A DNA stretch of 64,000 bases. Origin: Candidatus Eiseniibacteriota bacterium. Its GTDB lineage: Bacteria > Eisenbacteria > RBG-16-71-46. Both the position numbers and the translations under genes were made by a program. The stretch is from NCBI GenBank assembly GCA_963717505.1, contig OY970342.1, positions 1,376,001 through 1,440,000 of the forward strand. The letters run 5' to 3'. Positions 30,225-38,153 of this stretch are shown piece after piece; the stretch's first letter is position 1; every line of letters starts with the position of its first letter. The notes beneath the pieces were generated by a model, which worked only from the letters and a program-made list of their open reading frames with translations, did not search any database and was not told where the DNA came from.

Positions 30225-31244
30225 ATGGTCCGAAAATCGGGTTCAGGAAGATCGGGCAAACCGGGGCAACGATCGCAGGGGGGTCCCACCCGGCGCGGGA
30301 CGACCTCCCGCGGTTCGTCGCAACGCGGGCCTGCCCCGGGCGGAGCGTCCCCCCGCGGTTTGTCGCAACGCGGGACTTCCCCGCGCGGAGCGCCCTCCCG
30401 CGGATCATCGCCACGCGGATCTTCCCAGCGCGGATCGCGGCCGGGGTCATCGCGGAGGGCCGATCCATCGTCTGGTGCCGCGCCGCGTCGCCCGAGGCCC
30501 GAGCGCAGCCGATCGGCTCCGCCTCGACCTCCCCGGCCGCAGCCGATCAGCGGCAGCCGAGCCCATCCGGTGGCTCCGGTCGAAACCATCATCGCGGCCC
30601 AGGATTGGGATTCGCTGATTCCGCACCTCCTCCGCGCTGGGACCAACGATCCTGAAGCGACGATCGAGTCCCTTCGCAAGTACTCGCAGCTCCTGATCGA
30701 GTGGAATCGCTCGGTCTCCAACCTGATCTCGGGGAACGACGAGGCCAGAATCGTCGAGCGGCACATTCGGGAATCGCTCGAGCCTGCATATTGGCTGCGC
30801 GAGGCAGGCGGGGCGCGATGGCTGGATTTCGGAGCGGGTGCAGGGCTGCCCGGCATCCCGCTGGCGATGGCTGGAATCGGAGAGCGATGGACGATGGTCG
30901 AGTCTCGGCGTCCGAAGGTGTTGTTCATGCGTAAGGCAATCGAAACACTTGGATTACGCGGAATCGACATCTACCATGGCCGGCTCGAGACTTTTCTCGA
31001 GGAGAGCGAAGGCCTGAGGATGCTGGAGGGTCTTGTCAGCCGCGCCACCATGCGGCTTGCGCCAACACTTGAAATTGCGCAGAAGATTGTGGCAAGGGGC
31101 GGAAGCGCATTCTTGTGGAAGGGTAGCCGGCGAGAGGAAGAGGCTGCCGTAGGTTCAGCATGGGGTCGGGACTGGGATCTGACCGGAATCCTCGGAGTCG
31201 GGGACGGCCAGACTGCAGTTATGAGATTTGTAAGAACTGGATAG
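30225..31244 (+). CDS. rsmG: 16S rRNA m7G methyltransferase with low-complexity N-terminal extension
   Basis: EWNRSVSNLIS, RHIRES, LDFGAGAGLPGIPL, VSRA, KG; located between mnmG and parA. Confidence 0.88.
   Translation: MVRKSGSGRSGKPGQRSQGGPTRRGTTSRGSSQRGPAPGGASPRGLSQRGTSPRGAPSRGSSPRGSSQRGSRPGSSRRADPSSGAAPRRPRPERSRSAPPRPPRPQPISGSRAHPVAPVETIIAAQDWDSLIPHLLRAGTNDPEATIESLRKYSQLLIEWNRSVSNLISGNDEARIVERHIRESLEPAYWLREAGGARWLDFGAGAGLPGIPLAMAGIGERWTMVESRRPKVLFMRKAIETLGLRGIDIYHGRLETFLEESEGLRMLEGLVSRATMRLAPTLEIAQKIVARGGSAFLWKGSRREEEAAVGSAWGRDWDLTGILGVGDGQTAVMRFVRTG
30294..30443 (+). repeat. Degenerate 15-bp tandem repeat encoding about 10 RGxxx pentapeptides
   Basis: RGTTS RGSSQ RGPAP GGASP RGLSQ RGTSP RGAPS RGSSP RGSSQ RGSRP. 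Confidence 0.75.
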
Positions 31245-31267
31245 GTTTACAGTGTTTCGGTGCGAAG

Positions 31268-31283
31268 TGTTTCCCGTGAAACA
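31268..31283. promoter_or_regulatory. parS centromere-like site
   Basis: TGTTTCCCGTGAAACA, 1 mismatch to the consensus TGTTTCACGTGAAACA, just upstream of parA. Confidence 0.9.
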
Positions 31284-31386
31284 ATGCTTGTGCATCGACG
31301 CCGGACACTGGTAGGCTGCCGCTCGAAGTCGCCCCGCGCAGCCAGGGATGTCTCAGCGCCAATCGCCCCCAAGAAGGTCTCAGGGA

Positions 31387-32163
31387 ATGGGACGGATCAT
31401 CGCAGTCGCAAGCCAGAAAGGTGGCGTCGGCAAGACGACGACCGCCATTAGCCTGGGTTCCTGCCTGGCCCAAGAGGGGCAGCGCGTACTGATCGTGGAC
31501 GTTGACCCCCAGGGCAGCGCGAGCAGCGGGCTGGGCATGGTGGGGAACGACATCGCCAAGACGACCTACGAGGTCTTGCTTGGCGAAGCCGAAGCGCGCG
31601 ACGCCATCAGACCGACAGCACTGGCCAACCTGGATCTGATTCCAGCCGGCCAAAGGCTCAGCGGCGCGGAAATCGAGCTGGTGAGCTTGTTGGGCCGCGA
31701 GGCTCGTCTCAAGAACGCCCTCGCCCCGATCCGGGACAGCTACGACCTGATCCTCCTCGACACGCCGCCATCGCTGGGGCTGATGACCGTCAATGCGCTG
31801 ACCGCCGCGGATTCGGTCCTGATCCCTCTCCAGTGCGAGTACCTGGCGCTCGAGGGACTCAGCCAGCTCATTTCAGCAATTCGCCTCATCCAGGACCATC
31901 TGAATCCTGCCCTTCGGATCGAAGGTGTCTTGTTGACCATGTTCGATGCGCGCCTCAATCTGTCCCAGCAGGTCGCGGATGAGGCCCGTAAGTTCTTCTC
32001 CGATCGCGTTTACAAGAGTGTCATTCCGCGGAATGTGCGCCTCAGTGAGGCGCCGTCCTTTGGCAAACCCATCGTCCTCTATGACCCGCACAGCAGCGGC
32101 GCCGAGAGTTATCGCGAGCTGGCGAGGGAGGTTCTGGAGCATGCACAGGAAGGTGTTAGGTAG
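31387..32163 (+). CDS. parA: Chromosome partitioning ATPase ParA/Soj
   Basis: QKGGVGKTTT, DVDPQGSA, DTPPSLG, IPRNVRLSEAPSFG. Confidence 0.96.
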   Translation: MGRIIAVASQKGGVGKTTTAISLGSCLAQEGQRVLIVDVDPQGSASSGLGMVGNDIAKTTYEVLLGEAEARDAIRPTALANLDLIPAGQRLSGAEIELVSLLGREARLKNALAPIRDSYDLILLDTPPSLGLMTVNALTAADSVLIPLQCEYLALEGLSQLISAIRLIQDHLNPALRIEGVLLTMFDARLNLSQQVADEARKFFSDRVYKSVIPRNVRLSEAPSFGKPIVLYDPHSSGAESYRELAREVLEHAQEGVR

Positions 32164-33004
32164 GGGCCTCGAGGCCCTGATTCCCGCGGCGACGTCCGCG
32201 GCAGTGGCGACTCCCGAGGCTCGACCCGCGGGCACCACCGAGCTGCCGATCGACGACATTGCCCCGAACCCCCATCAGCCGCGTGCCCGATTCGACGAAG
32301 AGGCGATCAAAGAGCTGAGCCAGTCCATCAAGTCGAACGGAGTCCTTCAGCCGATCGTCGTGCGTCGAAGCCCGGGGAACGGCTACGAGTTGGTGGCCGG
32401 CGAGCGGCGTCTGCGGGCCTCGCGGATGGCGGGATTGACGAACATCCCGGCGATCGTACGCCAGGTGGCGGACCGTGAAATGCTGGAAATGGCTCTGGTA
32501 GAGAACATTCAGCGAGAAAACCTAAACGCGATCGAAGAGGCAAAGGCCTACCAGACCCTGCATGACAAGCTGAAGATGACCCACGATCAGATCTCGGAAC
32601 GCGTTGGAAAGCAGCGGGTGTCGATCACGAACACCCTGCGCCTGCTGATGCTTCCTCCCGAGGTCCAGGACATGGTTTCACGTGAAACCCTGACGGCGGG
32701 GCACGCCAGAGCGCTGCTGACTTTGCCTTCCGGAGGCGAGCAGATGATTGCCGCCCGCTACGTACAGTCCAAGGGTTTCTCCGTCCGCCGCACCGAGGCT
32801 TACATTCGGCGCAAGATGCGCCGCCAGGGAGCCCGTACGCCCACTGCTCGGCGGAACGGTCTGCAGGAGTGGGAGACCAAGCTTCAACAGCGCTTCAGCA
32901 CCCAAGTCGCGATTCGCAGAGGACGCAAAGGCGGCAAGGTCGAGTTCGAGTTCTACGGCGATGAGGACCTCGAGCGTCTGTTCGAGGCCTGGGGAGTGAT
33001 CTAG
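32141..33004 (+). CDS. parB: Chromosome partitioning protein ParB/Spo0J
   Basis: LGRGLEALI, PNPHQPR, AGERRLRA, ENIQRENL, HTH, GHARALL. Confidence 0.96.
   Translation: MHRKVLGRGLEALIPAATSAAVATPEARPAGTTELPIDDIAPNPHQPRARFDEEAIKELSQSIKSNGVLQPIVVRRSPGNGYELVAGERRLRASRMAGLTNIPAIVRQVADREMLEMALVENIQRENLNAIEEAKAYQTLHDKLKMTHDQISERVGKQRVSITNTLRLLMLPPEVQDMVSRETLTAGHARALLTLPSGGEQMIAARYVQSKGFSVRRTEAYIRRKMRRQGARTPTARRNGLQEWETKLQQRFSTQVAIRRGRKGGKVEFEFYGDEDLERLFEAWGVI
32674..32689. promoter_or_regulatory. parS site inside parB
   Basis: Perfect 16-bp palindrome GGTTTCACGTGAAACC with the parS core GTTTCACGTGAAAC. Confidence 0.85.
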
Positions 33005-33055
33005 GTCGCGCCGATGAAGCGCGCCTGGATTCGGGAATTCACGGAGGGACACCCG

Positions 33056-33472
33056 ATGAAGTTTCTGTCGCGAACTCTTGGTACCGAATCGCCAGAGCCA
33101 CCCGGCACCATTATCGGAGTCGGAGCCAGCTTCCGCGGCACGCTCATGGTCAGCGGCACCCTGCGCGTCGAAGGTGAGCTCGAGGGGGATGTGCTGAACT
33201 GCGAGCGGTTGGAGATCGGCGAGCACGGGATCATGCGCGCCGATGTCGAAGTCAAGGAAGCCGTTATCTCCGGCCGCGTGTACGGCAATGTTCGGTCGCT
33301 CGGCGTGCTCGAGATGAAGGCCGGAGCGCGCGTCGAAGGCGACATCTCGGCGATGAGCGTGATCATGGAGCCCGGCGTGTTCTTCACCGGTCGCTGCACG
33401 ATGCTCGATACGGGCGGCACCGGTGTGGAAATGCGACCAGACCAGCTCCGACGCGAGCCCGTGCGAACGTAG
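33056..33472 (+). CDS. Bactofilin (polymer-forming cytoskeletal protein)
   Basis: TIIGVGASFRGTL...LRVEGELEGDV...GRVYGNV...FFTGRC; GGAGG RBS upstream. Confidence 0.9.
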   Translation: MKFLSRTLGTESPEPPGTIIGVGASFRGTLMVSGTLRVEGELEGDVLNCERLEIGEHGIMRADVEVKEAVISGRVYGNVRSLGVLEMKAGARVEGDISAMSVIMEPGVFFTGRCTMLDTGGTGVEMRPDQLRREPVRT

Positions 33473-33474
33473 GA

Positions 33475-34926
33475 ATGACCGATCGTCGATCCCTGGGATT
33501 CCTCTCCGGCGTTCGCTTCAGGTTGCGTTCGGGAATCCGAACGGCTTCGGCGGTCTCCAGCGATCCCGGCTCGTCTGGCAGTTGGCTGATCGCTTCCCGC
33601 GCCGTGCGAAATGCCGCACTGGCCCTGTCCGCCTTGATCTTGCCGAGCGGGATCTCCTTCCCATTCGCTGCCCCAACCGCGCATGCGCAGCCGCTCCCGA
33701 GGAGCGATGCCTCCAAGGGAGAGATCCCGATCGAGATTCTCGATGGCCTGGTTCTCTTCCAGGTCCGACTCTCCGGGACGAATGGGCGCGACACGGTTGG
33801 CGCGCTGGTCCTCGACACCGGGGCGGGGCGACTCGCGCTCGATCGCGGCATCGCACGATTCCTTGCAGTCGATTCAACATCAACCGATTCGGGCTCGATC
33901 ATCGTGGCAACTGGCCCGCTTGCTCGGATGACGATTGGCGAGTTTCAGCTCGATCACGTCGCGCCGGTCCTGGTGATCGATGCCGGCGCGGTGACTCAGG
34001 TCACCGACCGGGTAGTGCTGGGTCTGGTCGGTGAGCGCGCCTTCGTAGGGTTCGCCGTCGAGATCGACTACGTCGGTTCACATATGACGCTGATCCCGAT
34101 TCCCATCGCAACGGAAACGAGCGCCATGTCGCCCATTCAGCGCGCCGACCTCTCGAGGGCCGCGCTCGGCGCCAAGATTTGGCGCGAGGCCATCCCCGTT
34201 CCGCTCGAACGCGCCGGCGACGGCAAGCTGATCGTTCGAGCGCAGCTCTCGGACCCGAGGCCGCCGAAGACCGGCCGCCCCATGCGATTGATCCTCGACA
34301 CCGGCGCCACCAAAACGACTTTCTTCGAGCCGCGTCTGCGCGAAACGACACGACGCAGCTCCGAGTGGCACTCACTCAAAGGGCTCACTGCACCGACGCT
34401 CATGGGACCGGCCGAGGCCAGGATGGTGCGCGTGCCGGCGTTCGAGGTCGCGGCGGCTCAGGGCATTGCCGCCCGCGCCAAGGACGTGGATGCCGCGGTG
34501 ATCGACGGCCCACTGGGAGCGGCGCTGTCGCGCGAGGTCGGGTTCCCGGTCGACGGTTTGCTCGGGCATTCGTTCCTGCGGCGGTTCCACGTCGTGCTCG
34601 ACCCCATTCATCTGACGCTGTGGCTTGCGCCCATCGCCCACGGCTATGACGTGCGTGAGTTCGAGTACACGCACATCGGCATCCAGATCGAGCGCATCGG
34701 CGGCGCGTTGCGCGTGACCGGGGTGTGCGAGGAATCGCCAGCCCAGGTGGCGGGCATCCAGCGCGGCGACGAGTTGGTCGCCGTGGGCGGCGCCGACGTC
34801 GAGAACATGAACGTGGTCGACGTCACGCGCATGCTCGAGGGTCCGGCCGATAGCGCCATCGAAATCGTGATCCGACGCTCGGGGGTCGAGCAGCGCTTCT
34901 CGTTGTATCGCGCTCGACTCCTCTAG
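33475..34926 (+). CDS. Double retropepsin-like aspartyl protease with C-terminal PDZ domain
   Basis: Two LDTGA motifs each followed by a G(L/V)(V/L)G motif; PDZ SPAQVAGIQRGDELVAV. The true start may lie downstream. Confidence 0.8.
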   Translation: MTDRRSLGFLSGVRFRLRSGIRTASAVSSDPGSSGSWLIASRAVRNAALALSALILPSGISFPFAAPTAHAQPLPRSDASKGEIPIEILDGLVLFQVRLSGTNGRDTVGALVLDTGAGRLALDRGIARFLAVDSTSTDSGSIIVATGPLARMTIGEFQLDHVAPVLVIDAGAVTQVTDRVVLGLVGERAFVGFAVEIDYVGSHMTLIPIPIATETSAMSPIQRADLSRAALGAKIWREAIPVPLERAGDGKLIVRAQLSDPRPPKTGRPMRLILDTGATKTTFFEPRLRETTRRSSEWHSLKGLTAPTLMGPAEARMVRVPAFEVAAAQGIAARAKDVDAAVIDGPLGAALSREVGFPVDGLLGHSFLRRFHVVLDPIHLTLWLAPIAHGYDVREFEYTHIGIQIERIGGALRVTGVCEESPAQVAGIQRGDELVAVGGADVENMNVVDVTRMLEGPADSAIEIVIRRSGVEQRFSLYRARLL

Positions 34927-34931
34927 CCGGC

Positions 34932-35852
34932 ATGTCGCAGGAGTCACGCGGTCGCTGGCTGATCGTCGGGGCTACGTTCTTCTGGGGCACATCGGCGACC
35001 TTGGCGAGGTTTCTGTTCCGCGATCTGGCGATTCCGCCGCTGGTGGTGGTCGAGCTGCGCCTCGCGATCTCGGCCCTGGTGCTGTTGGCCTGGCTGGCCT
35101 GGCGCCGGCCAGGCCTGCTCGCGATCTCCCCCAAGTCGCTACCCTCGTTGCTGGTGCTGTCGGTGGTCGGGGTCGCGATGATTCAGGGCACCTACTACTA
35201 CTCGATCTCGGTGCTCGGCGTCGGGCTCTCGATTCTGATCCAGTACCTCGCCCCGATCCTGATCGTGATCTGGGAGATCCTGCGAGGCGCCAGGCCCGGC
35301 GCCCGCACGGGCCTGATCGTGGCCGCCGCGCTCACCGGCACGGCGTTGCTCGTAGGGCAGGTCGGACCCGAAGCCGCCCGCGCCCGCCCGATCGATTGGC
35401 TCATCGGGTTCAGCAGCGCCTTCACCTTCGCGTTCTACATCGTGTACTCGAAGCGCGTGCTACAGCGACTCGCGCCCGAAACCGTTCAGGTTTACTCGTT
35501 CGTGATCGCGGCCGCCTTCTGGATGCTCGTCGTGCCGCCCGGGCGGATCCTGGCGGCGGGGTACTCGTCGTCGATGTGGGTGCTCTTTCTGGTGATCGCC
35601 CCGATTTCGGCGCTGATCCCATTCGCCATGTTCCTCGCCGGCTTGCGCCGGTTGCCCTCGACCGAAGTCGGCATCCTGGCGACGGTCGAGCCGTTGATCG
35701 CCGTGCTGTCGGCGTGGCTGTTCCTGGGCGAAGGGCTGCGCTCCCTACAGTGGCTGGGAGCGGTCCTGGTGCTGGCCGCGGCGATGATGGCGAGCACCGG
35801 GTCGGGGATCGGAATGACCAAAGGCGACGCGGCCAACGCCACGTCGCCCTGA
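34932..35852 (+). CDS. DMT/EamA family transporter
   Basis: 10 TMs, FWGTS, IQYLAP, EPLIA...LGE. Confidence 0.9.
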   Translation: MSQESRGRWLIVGATFFWGTSATLARFLFRDLAIPPLVVVELRLAISALVLLAWLAWRRPGLLAISPKSLPSLLVLSVVGVAMIQGTYYYSISVLGVGLSILIQYLAPILIVIWEILRGARPGARTGLIVAAALTGTALLVGQVGPEAARARPIDWLIGFSSAFTFAFYIVYSKRVLQRLAPETVQVYSFVIAAAFWMLVVPPGRILAAGYSSSMWVLFLVIAPISALIPFAMFLAGLRRLPSTEVGILATVEPLIAVLSAWLFLGEGLRSLQWLGAVLVLAAAMMASTGSGIGMTKGDAANATSP

Positions 35853-35871
35853 TCGAGAACCGTCTCGCGGT

Positions 35872-36336
35872 TCAGCTCTTGCTCGCCATCGTCTCCATGT
35901 GTTGCTTCATCTCGGCGTCCGAAACGTCGCGAACGTGGGTGGCGATCGTCCACACGTGGCCGAAGGGATCGGTGAACGTTCCGGATCGATCCCCGTAGAA
36001 CTGATCCTGGAGCGGCTTCATCTCCTTGCCGCCCACCTTGAGCGCTCGCGGATACGCCTCGTTCACGTTGTCGACGTAGATCATCAGGCTGACCGGCGTG
36101 CCGCCGATGGTTTCCGGCCCCAGGTAGTTGAGCGACGGAACTTCATCGGCCAGCATGATGCGCGAGTTGCCAATCTGGATTTCCGCGTGACCGATCGAAC
36201 CGTCGGGCATCGGCATGCGGAACAGCTCGCGCGCGCCGAGTGCTTTCACGTAGTAGTCGAGCGCCTTGGCGGCGTTCTTCACGATGAGATACGGAGTGAT
36301 GCTGTGATAACCGTCGGGAATGGACTTCACGGGCAT
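35872..36336 (-). CDS. VOC family protein (PhnB-like)
   Basis: IPDGYHSITPYL, HAEIQIG, DQFYGDRSG..DPFGHVW. Confidence 0.92.
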   Translation of the reverse strand: MPVKSIPDGYHSITPYLIVKNAAKALDYYVKALGARELFRMPMPDGSIGHAEIQIGNSRIMLADEVPSLNYLGPETIGGTPVSLMIYVDNVNEAYPRALKVGGKEMKPLQDQFYGDRSGTFTDPFGHVWTIATHVRDVSDAEMKQHMETMASKS

Positions 36337-36391
36337 GACCGACTCCTTTCAAAGGCGGTTGGCGACATCGCCTGATGGACGTGACGGCAAA

Positions 36392-36410
36392 CCGCGGCGA
36401 CGCGCCGCGG
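36392..36410. other. Hairpin immediately 3' of the tnpA-like gene (possible IS200-type end or terminator)
   Basis: CCGCGGCG-ACG-CGCCGCGG. Confidence 0.45.
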
Positions 36411-36415
36411 CGTGT

Positions 36416-36877
36416 TCAGCTGGCGCGAGCCAGCCCTTCATCGGGGGTATGCAGCGCCCGCAGACGCTCCCGAACGCGCGCCACGCGCACGGCGCTCACT
36501 GTTTCGACCGCGTAGCGCTCGTCCCATGCAAGGTTACCGCGCAGCCAGACCCGCAACTCGGGAAAGTCCGCCAGCAATGTGTTGGCGGTGCGGCCCTTGA
36601 GTTCGCGAATCACGCTGGCAATGCTCTGCGACGGACGGATTGCCAACAGCACGTGGACATGGTCCGGACCCGCGGCCACCTCGAGCAGCGAATAGCCGCG
36701 GTCCTCGCACACGGTCGTGACCTGGTGGTTGAGCGCGCGCACGTGGCGATCCTTGAGCACCGGTCGTCGCGCTCGCGTACTCCAGGTGACGAGGTAGTGG
36801 AGCTGGCTGCGATACATCGGTTCCCAGCGATGGCTGAGAGTTTCCTGGATCTCGGGAGCCAGCATTCGGCTATTCAT
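36416..36877 (-). CDS. tnpA: IS200/IS605-family Y1 (HUH) transposase homologue, catalytic Tyr apparently absent
   Basis: LHYLVTWSTRARR, PDHVHVL (HUH), LKGRTA, FPEL, WDERYAVETVS; the YxxxQ helix reads VRERLRALH; GAGGAGG RBS. Confidence 0.8.
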   Translation of the reverse strand: MNSRMLAPEIQETLSHRWEPMYRSQLHYLVTWSTRARRPVLKDRHVRALNHQVTTVCEDRGYSLLEVAAGPDHVHVLLAIRPSQSIASVIRELKGRTANTLLADFPELRVWLRGNLAWDERYAVETVSAVRVARVRERLRALHTPDEGLARAS

Positions 36878-36905
36878 GACGATCTTCCTCCTCACACCCC
36901 GCACC

Positions 36906-36919
36906 TGAACGTATGTGCA
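36906..36919. promoter_or_regulatory. Putative LexA operator upstream of the tnpA-like gene
   Basis: TGAAC-GTAT-GTGCA: same arms as the box in the lexA promoter; resembles GAAC-N4-GTTC SOS boxes. Confidence 0.6.
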
Positions 36920-36933
36920 CCAACGGGTCCTAG

Positions 36934-36954
36934 AAAAAGGGAGCCGAAGCTCCC
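36934..36954 (-). terminator. Rho-independent terminator downstream of lexA
   Basis: Minus strand GGGAGC-TTCG-GCTCCC-TTTTT. Confidence 0.85.
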
Positions 36955-36998
36955 GGTGAAAAACTCGACTGCTTCTTGTTCATCCTGGTTCGTGTTCA

Positions 36999-37034
36999 TC
37001 CGGAGCGCGCCGGCTCGACGGGGCGCGCTCCGGA
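36999..37034. repeat. Perfect 13-bp inverted repeat in the lexA 3' UTR
   Basis: TCCGGAGCGCGCC-10 nt-GGCGCGCTCCGGA. Confidence 0.7.
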
Positions 37035-37043
37035 CTTCGAACC

Positions 37044-37646
37044 TCAGTTCATCCCGGAGCGAACCAGGCCCCGCACCACTCCCAGAATCCTGAACGAAAC
37101 TCCCTCGCGAACCGGAATCGGGCGATACCTGGCGTTGGCGGGCAACAACTCGATGCCGCCGGGGCCAGGCTTGTAGTACTTGACGGTAGCCTCGTCTTCG
37201 AGCAATGCGACGATCATCTCGCCCGGGCTCGCGGTGTTCTGATGCCGGACGACGACGAAATCGTTCTCGAGGACCCCAGCCTCGATCATGCTGTCGCCGC
37301 GCACGCGAAGCGCGAACAACTCGCCCGAGGTGCCGAACAGCTCGTCGGTCTCCAGATGACCTTCGAACGACTCCTCGGCGAGAGTCGGCTGGCCGGCGGC
37401 GACACGACCGAGAATCGGGATCCCGGTCTGACGTGCTGGGTGGCGCGAGGTCTCGATCCCGCGAGAAATTTTCTCGCTGCGCCGGAGCTTGCCCTCTTTT
37501 TCGAGTCGGTTCAGGTGGTATCGGACGCCGTTGGTCGACGCGATGCCAAACTCCTTGCCGATCTCGCGGATCGTTGGCGGGAAGCCGCGCTGACGGATGA
37601 ACCGCTCGATGAACTGGAGAATCTCCAGCGTGCGCTCGTTCCGCAT
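37044..37646 (-). CDS. lexA: SOS repressor LexA
   Basis: GFPPTIREIG winged HTH, ILGRVAAG cleavage site, LRVRGDSM (Ser), EATVK (Lys); AAGGAG RBS. Confidence 0.96.
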   Translation of the reverse strand: MRNERTLEILQFIERFIRQRGFPPTIREIGKEFGIASTNGVRYHLNRLEKEGKLRRSEKISRGIETSRHPARQTGIPILGRVAAGQPTLAEESFEGHLETDELFGTSGELFALRVRGDSMIEAGVLENDFVVVRHQNTASPGEMIVALLEDEATVKYYKPGPGGIELLPANARYRPIPVREGVSFRILGVVRGLVRSGMN

Positions 37647-37695
37647 ATGGTCGACTCCTTGATTCAAAGGTCCACGTGGGACCCGGCACAGGCGG

Positions 37696-37725
37696 ATACT
37701 AGTGAACACGCGTGCAGGCCGTCAA
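37696..37725 (-). promoter_or_regulatory. lexA promoter with putative LexA operator in the spacer
   Basis: Minus strand TTGACG-18 nt-TAGTAT; the spacer holds TGAAC-ACGC-GTGCA (37703-37716, plus strand). Confidence 0.75.
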
Positions 37726-38153
37726 GCCCTCTTTTCAATCGCCCCCGCTGGGGGCCACGCCCCCGTCCGAACCGTCAACCGGCCGCCGAACCTGTCCACG
37801 AAAGGATCGATTTCGCTCAGGTGACGGCTGGCGGTCCGACGCGGTACCGAGCATTCCCCGGTTTCGCCTCAAGGACTTGCCCGGTTTCATGCGCCGGCGA
37901 TTCGACGTGGCGCGCGGATTGCGGTGGGCCTAGGGCGAGATCGAGAGATCTCGAACCACGACAGGCAAGGAGCGGTGGAACGGCGCCGCGGAGGTTGATC
38001 GCAATCGGGGGCCGATCGGCTGAAGCGCGTCACCCCGCTACCTTGTCGGTCGGGGAAGCCAAGCGGATCGAACGGGAGACTTCTGGTCCGCGCGAGGGTT
38101 GGCCGTGGGTGGCGACGATCACCTGCCACCTGCGGTACCTTGCGCGGCCAACC

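Noticed and set aside
30294-30443. CRISPR-like periodicity
   Set aside because: In-frame 15-bp degenerate coding repeat with no spacers and no cas genes.
36380-36415. GGCAAACC plus hairpin resembling a c-di-GMP-I riboswitch start (similar at about 63777)
   Set aside because: No GNRA-capped P2 or GACGCAAAGC segment; the copy at 36386 is antisense to the flanking genes.
36340-37040. Active IS200/IS605 insertion sequence
   Set aside because: Catalytic Tyr absent, no tnpB, and the two flanking hairpins are not similar to each other; reported as a domestication candidate instead.
37730-38150. 420-bp gap between lexA and the methyltransferase (also 25114-25385 and 63773-64000)
   Set aside because: Only short GC hairpins; no credible ORF, RNA motif or DnaA-box array recognised.
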